Origin: Candidatus Eiseniibacteriota bacterium
Lineage (GTDB): Bacteria; Joyebacterota; Joyebacteria; Joyebacterales; Joyebacteraceae
DNA: 60,677 nt
NCBI GenBank assembly: GCA_043819135.1
Contig: JBDRFG010000034.1
Coordinates: forward strand, 1 to 60,677
Direction: 5' to 3'
Under the pieces are notes generated by a model. It did no database searches. It was not told the DNA's origin and worked only from the letters and a program-made list of their open reading frames with translations. Made by a program: the position numbers and the translations under genes. Shown in pieces: positions 1 to 8,978 of this stretch; position 1 is the stretch's first letter, and each line of letters starts with the position of its first letter.

Positions 1-504
1 AGCGCTCTCTGGCAATCGTCGAAGCGGCTCTCGGGCCGGACCATCCTACCGTCGCCACCAGTCTGAACAACCTGGCGCAGCTCTACGATGCCCAGGGCCG
101 CTACGCTGAGGCCGAGCGTCTGTACGAGCGCTCTCTGGCAATCGTCGAAGCGGCTCTCGGGCCGGACCATCCTACCGTCGCCACACGTCTGAACAACCTG
201 GCGCAGCTCTACGATGCCCAGGGCCGCTACGCTGAGGCCGAGCGTTTGTACGAGTGCTCTCTGGCAATCGTCGAAGCGGCTCTCGGGCCGGACCATCCTG
301 CCGTCGCCACCAGTCTGAACAACCTGGCGCAGCTCTACGATGGCCAAGGCCGCTACGCCGAGGCCGAACCTCTGTACGAGCGCTCTCTGGCAATCGTCGA
401 AGCGGCTCTCGGGCCGGACCATCCTACCGTCGCCGCGAGCCTAACCAACCGGGCTGTCCACTACTATGCCCAGGGGCGTTGGGCCGAGGCCGAGCCTCTG
501 TTTG
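1..504 (+). repeat. Near-identical 126-bp tandem repeats encoding the TPR units
   Basis: Unit starts at 1, 127, 253 and 379 (agcgctctctggcaatcgtcgaagcggctctcgggccggaccatcct...). Confidence 0.95.
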
Positions 505-734
505 AGCGGGCGCTGGCGATCAGGGAAGCGGCTCTAGGGCGGGACCATCCGGGCTTCGGAAGGTCCTTGTGGGGACTTGCAGTCTTGCGTCGTTCCCAGG
601 GGGAGCATGATGAGGCAGAGAAGCTCTTCGCGCGGGCACTGGTGGTCCTCGAGAGAGCGCTAGGTGAGTCTCATCCCGATGTGGTGGAACTCGTTGCGCA
701 GTGGGAGGAATACAAGCAGCAATTGGGGCAGTGA
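1..734 (+). CDS. Tetratricopeptide repeat protein (42-aa kinesin-light-chain/TPR_12 type), 5' end outside the window
   Basis: Frame open from base 3; repeats of RSLAIVEAALGPDHPxVATSLNNLAQLYxxQGRYAEAExLY; TGA at 732-734. Confidence 0.9.
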   Translation, partial: RSLAIVEAALGPDHPTVATSLNNLAQLYDAQGRYAEAERLYERSLAIVEAALGPDHPTVATRLNNLAQLYDAQGRYAEAERLYECSLAIVEAALGPDHPAVATSLNNLAQLYDGQGRYAEAEPLYERSLAIVEAALGPDHPTVAASLTNRAVHYYAQGRWAEAEPLFERALAIREAALGRDHPGFGRSLWGLAVLRRSQGEHDEAEKLFARALVVLERALGESHPDVVELVAQWEEYKQQLGQ

Positions 735-803
735 GGTTGCGGTGAGGGATGGAGCGGACCTCGGTAGGGGGCGCGTGGGCCGCGCCACCCTTGACGCTCG
801 CGA

Positions 804-1292
804 GTGGTACGAGGTCCGTTGGCGGATACTCGAATCGAGGAGCAAAGAGAGGAGGGACGTGGTGCTACGACACGGTACAAGGACAGCCGGAGTTGTTCTG
901 TTCGTGTGCTGGCATTGCTCGTGGTGTCGTGCATGGAGCTAGAGACGTCGGAGCCTCGAGGTGCAACTGGCACGCGGTCGGGGAGTAGCACCGGTGCGGC
1001 AGGAGCGACGGTCGCCGACATACGGATAGAGGGGCTTCGCACACGAACAGAAACCGCGTACATCTTCATCACTGGTCGCCTGATAAACGACTCCGACTAC
1101 CCGACGGGTGTTCAGGTCAAGACTATCTCCTATGATTCTCAGGGGGAGGTTCTGACCGTGAGCGACTCGTGGCCCGCGAGCATCTCGAACATTCCAGCAC
1201 ACTCAGACTATCCCTTCGAGACGATGCTTGATCATCTCCCCGGGCACAGTCGCATAGAGATGCGCGTGATAGATGTGAGGCAATGGGACTGA
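804..1292 (+). CDS. FxLYD-domain-like putative lipoprotein (start uncertain)
   Basis: Hydrophobic VLALLVVSC, low-complexity linker, then ITGRLINDSD...VQVKTISYDSQGEVL...NIPAHSDYPF resembling the FxLYD Ig-like domain. Confidence 0.55.
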   Translation: MVRGPLADTRIEEQREEGRGATTRYKDSRSCSVRVLALLVVSCMELETSEPRGATGTRSGSSTGAAGATVADIRIEGLRTRTETAYIFITGRLINDSDYPTGVQVKTISYDSQGEVLTVSDSWPASISNIPAHSDYPFETMLDHLPGHSRIEMRVIDVRQWD

Positions 1293-1321
1293 CCGCAACG
1301 TAGGAGCGGACGCATCCGTCC

Positions 1322-1470
1322 CACTGACGTATGCACCCGACGAGCTTGGCTGTCACGCCGGCTGCATACGCACCCGAGCGACGCATCGTTCCATACTCGG
1401 CGTAGACTTGCAGAGGAATCGCGGCGCGAGGCACGACGCCAAATCTGGCTGTGCGTTCTAGTCGTTGACC
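1322..1470 (+). mobile_element. Degenerate integron attC-like imperfect inverted repeat
   Basis: ttggctgtcacgcc (1346-1359) pairs with ggcacgacgccaa (1430-1442); nested ccgag/ctcgg; terminal GTTGACC at 1464-1470; lies just after a gene stop. Confidence 0.3.
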
Positions 1471-1574
1471 CCCTCCAGGAGACCCGAAATCTCGCCGAAG
1501 AGCGCCCTCATCACTTCGTCAGGTGCCAGCAACAGAGTTCTAAATGAGTCTCCTCGGCCCCGCCAGCGTCACAC

Positions 1575-1612
1575 GAGGCCGCCCCTGTTTCGAGGGGCGG
1601 CCTTCTGTCGTC
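1575..1612 (+). terminator. GC-rich hairpin, probable intrinsic terminator
   Basis: gaggccgcccct-gtttcg-aggggcggcctt followed by ctgtcgtc. Confidence 0.5.
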
Positions 1613-1727
1613 TTGAGATGGGTGGCTACACCGCCGGATGGCAGATGGTCCCTCTAGGACAGACGGACTGCGGAGGTTCATCAGTGCGCATCGCCCGAGC
1701 CTCTCGCCCCGGGACGGACCCAGAAAC

Positions 1728-1781
1728 GAGCCCCCGGGATTGCTCCCGGGGGCTCAACTCTGGTGGCGGGGGCCTGCTACG
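1728..1781 (-). mobile_element. tRNA-Met-3'-like fragment plus terminator (att-site remnant 1)
   Basis: Minus strand reads CGTAGCAGGCCCCCGCCACCA, then a 12-bp GCAA-loop hairpin GAGCCCCCGGGA/TCCCGGGGGCTC and GTTTCT. Confidence 0.4.
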
Positions 1782-2162
1782 TAGCCATTCAGGACGTCGG
1801 CGCGCTGCGCATCACGGCGCCGGACCATGCCTACATCGGGGGCCTCCGCCGCACGGCCTGGCCCCGTTGCGGCTAGGCGAACCGCTGGCAACAACTGACA
1901 TGCGCCCAATGAGCGCCTTGCTGTCCTTACCTGCTGACTGGCTCGACCGCAGTAGCTATAATGTCAGTAGGTTCTTCAGGGCTGGTAGGGATGTGCGCGT
2001 CCTGTGTGAGTCGCGCAGTCCCGCGTGCTGGCGTTCCCCTTGCGAAGTCCATTCGCAGCATGCAGGGGGAGGCCGGTGTTGGCGCCCATCTCGTTTGTAG
2101 TCGTACCACCTTGGGGTAGCCACGACGCAGGGACCGGTAGACAGCTGCAAGGAGAAGCGCAG

Positions 2163-3596
2163 ATGCACGACCAACACCGATCACAGCGCAGGTTCCGCCC
2201 TTTTTCCGGAGTAGCCGTGTTGGCCGCTGCGCTCGCGGCGGCGCTGCTTCCGGCAGCCGGCTGCTCGCGGCCCGGAAGTGAGCTGCCGAACATTGTAGTC
2301 GTCGTTCTCGACACGGTCAGAGACGACGTCGCGGAGCTTGCGGAGGGACACGTCGGTGACCCCATGCCGGCTATGAACTCGCTGGGGCGCGACGGGACGG
2401 TCTTCTCGAACGCCTGGTCCACCGCTCCCTGGACGTTGCCCTCGCACGCGTCGCTTCTCACGGGGCTCCTTCCATCGGAGCACTTGTGCACAGGGCGAAA
2501 CCCTCAGCTCGCGGCGGAGCACAGGACGATCGCTGAGTACCTCAACGAGGCCGGTTACGAGGCAGCAGCGTTCTTCAGCAACCCGTGGCTCACCGACCTT
2601 ATGAGCGGGATGATGCGCGGATTCGAGACCAGGTATGTGGAGTCTCGGGGCGACGACAGGATTCACCACATGGACGGGAGCCAGGGAGGGATCACCTCCA
2701 ACAGCAACATCGCAAGCTGGCTGAGGGGGCGCGACAGCGACAGGCCGTTCCTGCTGTTCGTCAACTACCTTGAGGCGCACCTTCCTTACGATCCCGCGAA
2801 GGAGTACCGAGAGGCTCACGCACTTGACCTGGCTCCGGGCGACGTCGTTACCACACAGTGGGCCTACGAGTTCAACGCGGGTATGCGCGCGCCCGAAGAG
2901 GTCAACTGGGAGCGCATCCACCGCCTCTACGTTGGTGACGCGTCGACGGCCGACGCACTGCTCGGGGAGTTGATGGGCATGCTCAAGGACCACGGTCTCT
3001 ACGACGAAGCGGTCATCATCGTGACGTCGGACCACGGGGAAAACCTTGGAGACCACGGGCTCATGGACCACCACTTCGGTGTGTTTGAGACACTCCTTGC
3101 GGTTCCGCTGGTCGTGCGCGCTCCGGAGCTTCTGCCACCAGGGATGAGGGATGACCCGGTCATGCTGACGGACATCTTCCCGGCGGTGCTCGAGGCTGCG
3201 GGCATCGCAGATCCGCCGGAACTCTCGCACGCGCACTCCGTTTTCGGGCCTCCGTCACACCCCGATCGCCCGATCATCGCTGAGTATGCCGGGAGCAACA
3301 CGGCCCTGGTAGACCAGCTGAGCATGCTCAATCCGGAACTGGACACGTCCTCGATGCGAATCGCATACGCGACCGTCCGCGTCGGCAACCTCCGCTTGAC
3401 GGTGGGGAGCGACGGCTCCCACGAGCTGACGGACTTCGCAACCGATCCGGACGAGATGGCCGACCTCCAGAACGAAGGCCGTGCCATCGCAGGCGCGATG
3501 AAGGCGTGCCTGCCGACCGTGGGGGCGCCAGCCGGTAACATAGAAATCGACGAGGAAATGAAGGAGGAGCTTCGCGCGCTGGGGTACTTGCCCTGA
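2163..3596 (+). CDS. Sulfatase-like hydrolase/transferase (Thr at the nucleophile position), lipoprotein
   Basis: PNIVVVVLDTVR, PWTLPSHASLLTG, NYLEAHLPY, TSDHGE, C-terminal ELRALGY; AAGC lipobox; GGAGAAG RBS before ATG 2163. Confidence 0.85.
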   Translation: MHDQHRSQRRFRPFSGVAVLAAALAAALLPAAGCSRPGSELPNIVVVVLDTVRDDVAELAEGHVGDPMPAMNSLGRDGTVFSNAWSTAPWTLPSHASLLTGLLPSEHLCTGRNPQLAAEHRTIAEYLNEAGYEAAAFFSNPWLTDLMSGMMRGFETRYVESRGDDRIHHMDGSQGGITSNSNIASWLRGRDSDRPFLLFVNYLEAHLPYDPAKEYREAHALDLAPGDVVTTQWAYEFNAGMRAPEEVNWERIHRLYVGDASTADALLGELMGMLKDHGLYDEAVIIVTSDHGENLGDHGLMDHHFGVFETLLAVPLVVRAPELLPPGMRDDPVMLTDIFPAVLEAAGIADPPELSHAHSVFGPPSHPDRPIIAEYAGSNTALVDQLSMLNPELDTSSMRIAYATVRVGNLRLTVGSDGSHELTDFATDPDEMADLQNEGRAIAGAMKACLPTVGAPAGNIEIDEEMKEELRALGYLP

Positions 3597-3628
3597 CGTT
3601 CCCAACTCGCGGCGGCCTCAACATACGA

Positions 3629-3684
3629 ACCGCCCGGACCTTTCGGCCCGGGCGGTGCTGATCTGGTAGCTGGGGTCTGCTACG
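3629..3684 (-). mobile_element. tRNA-3'-like fragment plus terminator (att-site remnant 2)
   Basis: Minus strand reads CGTAGCAGACCCCAGCTACCA, then a GAAA-loop hairpin accgcccgggcc/ggtccgggcggt; similar to 1761-1781. Confidence 0.35.
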
Positions 3685-4183
3685 CACCTGCAAGCTCGGT
3701 GGTGCCGAAGATCGGTTGACGTTCGCCGCGAGGGGATCCGTTTACAGACCCGCGGAGCCTGCCTGCGCGGAGCGAGCAGGGCTCTAGTCTGGTCTCCGCC
3801 TGGTCACGGGCCGCTGGGTGAGCGGCCCCGGGATCAACTCGTCATGTCCCGGGAACCGCGTGTGCAATAGCCTGCGGGCTCTCCAAGTTGCGGGGCTTCA
3901 TCACCAGGTCAAGAGTTCGAAACTCGTCTACTGCGCCCCGCCATTATCGAATGAGGCTGTCTCGTTCACGCGAGGCAGCCTCGTTTCTTTGGATATCACG
4001 CATGGCCGAATCGTCAAGCCAGTACCTGCCGCACTCCAGAGGCGCGCGGTGGAACCGATCCGCAACCGCGCCCGACGTCTTGACTCGGCACCAGATTGAT
4101 GCGACGGTCGCCCTGTTCGCCCGCCCACCGCTTCACAACGACTCGGCGTCAGCACGACTTTCCGTGACAGAAGGAGAGCACAC

Positions 4184-4756
4184 ATGAACCGACTGCTGAT
4201 TAGACGGGAGCGGCAAGCCAGGCTGGACAAGCTGAGCATGCTCATCGGGAGCTTCTTCAGCGCAGTGGGAAAGCAGCTGATCTCGTATTTCTCCACGTGG
4301 GATCCGAATCTGGATGAGATTCGACAAGAACTCGGTGTGACGAGCGACTGGTCGGACAGCGAGTTCTTAGCGGTCAGGGAGCCGCTCTCGCGCTACCAGT
4401 ATGAACTCGAGGTTTCCGGAGCCGGCTTCGAGACACTGCGGGAGTTCCTGTCGGAGAGGACCGACCTGATGCTGCGGCTGCTGGAGAACCCGAATCTTCT
4501 GGAACACACAGCCTTCACGAATCTCCTCCGCGCGGTGTTCCATCTCGCGGAAGAACTCGCCGCCAGGGATGATCTGATGCAGCTGCCGGACACGGACTGC
4601 GCACATCTGACCGGAGATGCCAAGCGAGCGTACCGGTTGCTGGTGTACCGATGGATGGACCACATGAAGTACCTGAAGGACAATTACCCGTATCTCTTTT
4701 CCCTGGCCATGAGAACGAATCCTCTCCGTGAGAGTGCGTCACCCGTGGTGACCTAG
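4184..4756 (+). CDS. Conserved hypothetical protein, probably lacking its N-terminal transmembrane part
   Basis: LLENPNLLEH.AFT.LLRAVFHLAEEL and YLKDNYPYLFSLA.RTNP resemble a conserved family in anaerobes; GGAGAG RBS. Confidence 0.6.
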   Translation: MNRLLIRRERQARLDKLSMLIGSFFSAVGKQLISYFSTWDPNLDEIRQELGVTSDWSDSEFLAVREPLSRYQYELEVSGAGFETLREFLSERTDLMLRLLENPNLLEHTAFTNLLRAVFHLAEELAARDDLMQLPDTDCAHLTGDAKRAYRLLVYRWMDHMKYLKDNYPYLFSLAMRTNPLRESASPVVT

Positions 4757-5108
4757 CGACTGCCAGGAGGTTGCCCCGGCGCCTGTGGCCCGGGGCGGCT
4801 TCTCTTTGTCCCCGAGACTCGAGCCAACGCGTTCCCATGCTCAGTACTGGCGCGTCACCCGAGCCGTGGTACACTCACACAATTCATTCGACGCTACTGG
4901 CGCTGCATGACCGCCTTTCGGGGACGTCCGTTTGTTCAGCGCGCAGACCCCCATCCTGACATTTTCGCTTGATTGAGTGCTCATTACGGTGGTTTGAGCC
5001 GTTGCAGTTAAGAATGCGGCTCAATAAATGCAGCGGTACCCAGTGCGCGCTCCGCGACCGCTTCTCGCGGGCACGGATGGAATCGCTGCTGGACCATCGG
5101 AGGCTCTC

Positions 5109-5438
5109 ATGCGAGCCATGCTGCTTCTGCTGCTCATGATCGCCATTCTCGCCGCGATCTCCATGAAGGAGAGCGCAGTCTTCCCGTACTGGCAGGGGAG
5201 GCTCCCGCACATCGCGACCTGCATCAAGGAGGGTCGGATCCGGGACGCCGTCTCGGCTGCCGTGAAGGCAACCACCCATGGGGAGGAGCGTCTCTTCAAC
5301 CAGCAGAGCGAGCCCAGAGGCGAGGTTCCCACCCGCCAAGTCCCCGGGCTGAAGGACTACGCGCCGTCAAGTGAGGACCGCGCACCAGCGCCTAAGGACA
5401 CCATTCCCAGGGGGGAATCCATACTTACCATAGAGTGA
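5109..5438 (+). CDS. Small hypothetical membrane-anchored or secreted protein
   Basis: GGAGG RBS and N-terminal hydrophobic MRAMLLLLLMIAILAA. Confidence 0.45.
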   Translation: MRAMLLLLLMIAILAAISMKESAVFPYWQGRLPHIATCIKEGRIRDAVSAAVKATTHGEERLFNQQSEPRGEVPTRQVPGLKDYAPSSEDRAPAPKDTIPRGESILTIE

Positions 5439-5544
5439 CGGGTCCGAACTGACCCTTTGACCACTTCTCATTTCCGTGTTACTCTGCGCGGCGTGCGACG
5501 GCACGTCGCGCTTCTGTTTTGACGTCCTCAACGGGGAGGGAAAG

Positions 5545-6471
5545 ATGCGCCGGTTCAATGCCGTGGTGGCCCTCGTCGCGTTAGTGGGTTCACTCGCACT
5601 CTGGGGTTGTTCCTCGTCGACGTCGCCCTCCGACGTCGACGACTGGTGGCTCGGGGCCACGTGGAGCGGCGTCGCCGACCACCCGCCTGGGAGCTACTTG
5701 GGAACTGCGTTCCTCTGGGATGGGGACGACACGATCTACGCAACCCGAGGTGGTGTTGACGGGTTCGTGCGCGACTTCTGGACGTACAGCATCTCGAGTG
5801 ATGCATGGACACAGCTTGGCGACGTGTCCTTCGACCCCTACTGGTCGTGCTCGATGGCGTGGCCCGGCGGCGACTACATCTATGTCCCTCAGGGCAACGG
5901 CACGAGCGCCTTCTATCGCTACACCATCTCGACCGATACCTGGGACAGCATGGCGGACTACCCGGAGGACGGCGTGAGACGCATGGGGAGGAGCGTAGTG
6001 TGGCCGGGGTCAGGCGATTACATCTACGCTGCGAAGGGGAACCAGGAGGCCACGTTCTTTCGCTACCACATCCCGTCGGATGCCTGGGAGTACTTGACTC
6101 CGATCCCGGTGGCCACGGTCTACGGCAGCTCGATCTGCTGGGGTGGCGGAGGCCGCATCTTCGCAGCGGTAGAGGGTGAACGGTTCTTCGAATACAGAAC
6201 CTCGTCGGACTCGTGGACGGAGAAGGCGCCGTACCCGGCGCCGATCGATTTCGGTTCCTATCTGACCTTCGACGGCATGGAGTCGATCTTCATGACCAGG
6301 GGAGCGGAGACCGACACCCTGTGGCGCTACGACATCCCGACGGACGAGTGGGAGCAGCTGGACAACCTGCCGGCCACGCTGTACAGAGGCGCGGCGACGG
6401 TCTTCGCCGACAACGCTCTCTACGCCGTTCCAGGCGAGTACCTGATGGACTTCTGGGTCTACAAGGAGTGA
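5545..6471 (+). CDS. Kelch-type beta-propeller lipoprotein
   Basis: LWGC lipobox; about 6 repeats of IY..G......F.RY.I..D.W..L...P. Confidence 0.8.
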   Translation: MRRFNAVVALVALVGSLALWGCSSSTSPSDVDDWWLGATWSGVADHPPGSYLGTAFLWDGDDTIYATRGGVDGFVRDFWTYSISSDAWTQLGDVSFDPYWSCSMAWPGGDYIYVPQGNGTSAFYRYTISTDTWDSMADYPEDGVRRMGRSVVWPGSGDYIYAAKGNQEATFFRYHIPSDAWEYLTPIPVATVYGSSICWGGGGRIFAAVEGERFFEYRTSSDSWTEKAPYPAPIDFGSYLTFDGMESIFMTRGAETDTLWRYDIPTDEWEQLDNLPATLYRGAATVFADNALYAVPGEYLMDFWVYKE

Positions 6472-6524
6472 GGCGGGCGCCCGACGGCGCGCGAGCCAGC
6501 GGACGAAGCACTGACGAGAACGAG

Positions 6525-6558
6525 AGAGCCCGGCCACATCGGCCGGGCTCTTCGTTTG
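6525..6558. terminator. Terminator between the convergent Kelch gene and hcp
   Basis: agagcccggcc-acatc-ggccgggctct followed by tcgttt. Confidence 0.7.
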
Positions 6559-6580
6559 CTGCCTTCTGTCGGGAATCTGA

Positions 6581-8236
6581 CTACGCCGCCTGAGGCGCCA
6601 GTATCTCGTCCAGGTCCTCCCGGGCCGTTCCGACCGGCTTGATGTCGTAGGTGTCGACGAGGATCTTAAGTGCCGCCGGTGTGACGAACGCCGGGAGCGT
6701 TGGGCCAAGCCTGATGCCCTTGATGCCCAGGTGGAGGAGCGTCAGCAGGATCGCGACCGCCTTCTGCTCGTACCACGAGAGCACGAACGACAGCGGGAGA
6801 TCGTTCACGCCCACGCCGAACGCCTCCGACAGGGCCAGCGCGATCTTCACAGCCGAATAGGCGTCGTTGCACTGCCCGATGTCGAGCAGCCTCGGTATCC
6901 CGCCGATGTCCCCGAAGTCGAGCTTGTTGAAGCGATACTTGCCACACGCGAGCGTCAGGATGACGCAGTCGTCCGGCACGGCCTGCGCGAACTCCGTGTA
7001 GTAGTTCCGCCCGCTCTTCGCGCCGTCGCAGCCTCCGACGAGGAAGAAGTGACGGATCTTGCCCGCCTTCACCGCGTCGATTACGACGTCGGCAACGTCG
7101 AGAACGGCGTTCCGCCCGAATCCGACAGTGATGGTCTTCTCGGGCTCGTCGTTCTCGAACCCTGGCGCCGCGAGCGCGGCCTCGATGACGGGGGAGAAGT
7201 CGCCGTCGGCGATGTGCGTGACGCCGGGCCACGCGACCAGACCGGACGTGAAGATGCGGTCAGAGTACGCGTCCCTCGGCTTCTGGATGCAGTTGGTCGT
7301 CATCAGGATGGAGCCGGGGAACGCGGCGAACTCCTTCGCCTGGTCCTGCCACGCGCCGCCGTAGTTGCCGGCCAGGTGCGCGTGCTTCTTGAGTTCCGGG
7401 TAGCCGTGCGCGGGGAGCATCTCGCCGTGCGTGTAGACGTTGATGCCCTTGCCCTCGGTCTGCTCCAGAAGCGCACCAAGATCCTTGAGGTCGTGACCCG
7501 AGATCAGGATGGCCTTGCCCTTGACCGGCGTTACCCTGACGACCGTGGGCTCGGGGTGGCCGTAGGAGCCAGTGTTCGCCGAGTCGAGCAGCTCCATCGC
7601 CCGCATATTGATCTCGCCGGTCTTGAGACACCAGGCGAGCAGCTCATCCGCCGAGGCGTCGTCGCGCGTCAGGAAGTCCATACCCTCATGGAACGTGCCG
7701 AAGAGGTCGGCGTCCTCCACACCCAGTACGATCGCGTGGTCAGCGTAGGCCGCCGCGCCCTTAAGCCCGTAGAGCATGAGCTCCTGCAGCCCGGCGATGT
7801 CGGCGCCGAGGTCGGCCTGCCTGCGTTCGATCGAGACGAGTTCCCCCTGGGCGATCATCCCGTCGATACTTCCCTCGGGTACGAACGTCGCAGCGCCGGG
7901 AAGCTCCTCCGGTTTGCCGCCCGCCTTGCGGACCGCGTCCTCGTAGAGGCTCCTTGTCCTGTCGCGGACCTCCTCTCCCTTTTCGATCAGTCCGGCAATG
8001 CGATCCGGGTCGAAGTTGACGTTCGTCACGGTGGTGAAGAGAGCCTCTATGACGAACACATCGGCGTCCCGGTCGATTGCGCCGAGCGCACGCGCGCGGT
8101 GCGCGTACGCCGAGACGCCCTTCGCCGTGTGAAGGAGAAGATCCTGGAGCACCGCTGTCTCAGGGTTCTTGCCGCACACACCTCCTGCCGTGCACGCGAC
8201 GCCCTTCGCTGTCTGCTCGCACTGATAGCAGTACAT
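6581..8236 (-). CDS. hcp: Hybrid cluster protein (hydroxylamine/NO reductase)
   Basis: MYCYQCEQTAKG..C...GVCGK, YTHGEMLPAHGYP, GGCDG, CGKYRF, GQCNDAYSA, SWYEQKA. Confidence 0.97.
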   Translation of the reverse strand: MYCYQCEQTAKGVACTAGGVCGKNPETAVLQDLLLHTAKGVSAYAHRARALGAIDRDADVFVIEALFTTVTNVNFDPDRIAGLIEKGEEVRDRTRSLYEDAVRKAGGKPEELPGAATFVPEGSIDGMIAQGELVSIERRQADLGADIAGLQELMLYGLKGAAAYADHAIVLGVEDADLFGTFHEGMDFLTRDDASADELLAWCLKTGEINMRAMELLDSANTGSYGHPEPTVVRVTPVKGKAILISGHDLKDLGALLEQTEGKGINVYTHGEMLPAHGYPELKKHAHLAGNYGGAWQDQAKEFAAFPGSILMTTNCIQKPRDAYSDRIFTSGLVAWPGVTHIADGDFSPVIEAALAAPGFENDEPEKTITVGFGRNAVLDVADVVIDAVKAGKIRHFFLVGGCDGAKSGRNYYTEFAQAVPDDCVILTLACGKYRFNKLDFGDIGGIPRLLDIGQCNDAYSAVKIALALSEAFGVGVNDLPLSFVLSWYEQKAVAILLTLLHLGIKGIRLGPTLPAFVTPAALKILVDTYDIKPVGTAREDLDEILAPQAA

Positions 8237-8292
8237 CACACCTCCGCTGTTCGGCGTTGTCGCCGCTGCCGCCTCTCTCCCGGCGGCTCCTG

Positions 8293-8721
8293 TCAAACAC
8301 CTATTGATTTGCCGACCGACGCACTGAAGTCGGCGATGGTCGTACCATCCAACTCGTCCCGCAGCTCTTTGCCCATCCTGCGGAACAGGTCCCCAAGAAC
8401 GCACGACGCCCACCCGCAGGTCGGGACTTCCATGGCACAAACTGCCACGTCAATGGGTCCCTCCACAGTCTCATAGACCTCCCTGACGGAGATCTCCCGA
8501 GGGGGACGGGCGAGGCCGTAGCCTCCGCCGGGCCCGCGGCTGCTCCGGACCAGGCCTGCCTTCGTAAGCCGCTGCAGCACCTTCACCAGATGAGCCTTGG
8601 AGACCCCCAGCGCGTCCGCGATCGCCTCCGCAGACGCCCGGCCGCCGTCGGTGCCCGCCAGGATCGCCGCGGCGTGAAGCGCGAGGGAGGCGGCCTCCGA
8701 GATCTTGATCGGACTACTCAT
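8293..8721 (-). CDS. Rrf2-family transcriptional regulator (three Cys, likely Fe-S)
   Basis: ISEAASLALHA, HLVKVLQRL.KAGLV.S.RGPGGGY.LA, C-x5-C-x4-C; directly upstream of hcp. Confidence 0.92.
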   Translation of the reverse strand: MSSPIKISEAASLALHAAAILAGTDGGRASAEAIADALGVSKAHLVKVLQRLTKAGLVRSSRGPGGGYGLARPPREISVREVYETVEGPIDVAVCAMEVPTCGWASCVLGDLFRRMGKELRDELDGTTIADFSASVGKSIGV

Positions 8722-8765
8722 TGCGAATCTCCCTTTGTCGTGTTGGGATGACGGCAATCAGTATC

Positions 8766-8809
8766 AGTATTACAGTACCACAATATATGTATATAACAGG
8801 TGGTGTCAA
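8766..8809 (-). promoter_or_regulatory. Sigma70 promoter of rrf2-hcp with candidate operator
   Basis: Minus strand TTGACA-16-TATATT, followed by imperfect palindrome AGTATTACAGTACC (8766-8779). Confidence 0.6.
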
Positions 8810-8978
8810 GCTGTTCTTGGGCGCGCCACGCGGCCTTGACCGCGGCCTTCCTGAGGGCGATAGTGGGCGGGCGCCTGGACGTCACCGAAACGTGGCACGG
8901 AGACGGCCCGGGGACGGCCTGGAGACGGTCCGGAGGGACGACCCGGACATCACCGCAGACACACAGAGGGGGGATAGA

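Noticed and set aside
1..504. Diversity-generating retroelement TR/VR pair
   Set aside because: The repeats are tandem and coding, differences are not adenine-specific, and no reverse transcriptase is present.
1761..1781. Complete tRNA gene
   Set aside because: Only an acceptor-end-like fragment; no T-loop GTTCRA or cloverleaf.
1465..2100. 211-aa ORF
   Set aside because: No RBS or motifs, and it spans terminator hairpins and the att-like site; likely spurious.
4994..5024. TTGAGCCG-N15-CGGCTCAA inverted repeat
   Set aside because: Single 8-bp inverted repeat with no supporting context; operator versus chance cannot be distinguished.
6731..8476. Long antisense ORFs (also 2181-3236, 11338-12888, 13029-14510, 16851-18149, 27298-28662, 42740-44308, 48265-49758, 59281-60450)
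   Set aside because: They are shadows of well-supported genes on the opposite strand, expected at high GC, and carry no family motifs.
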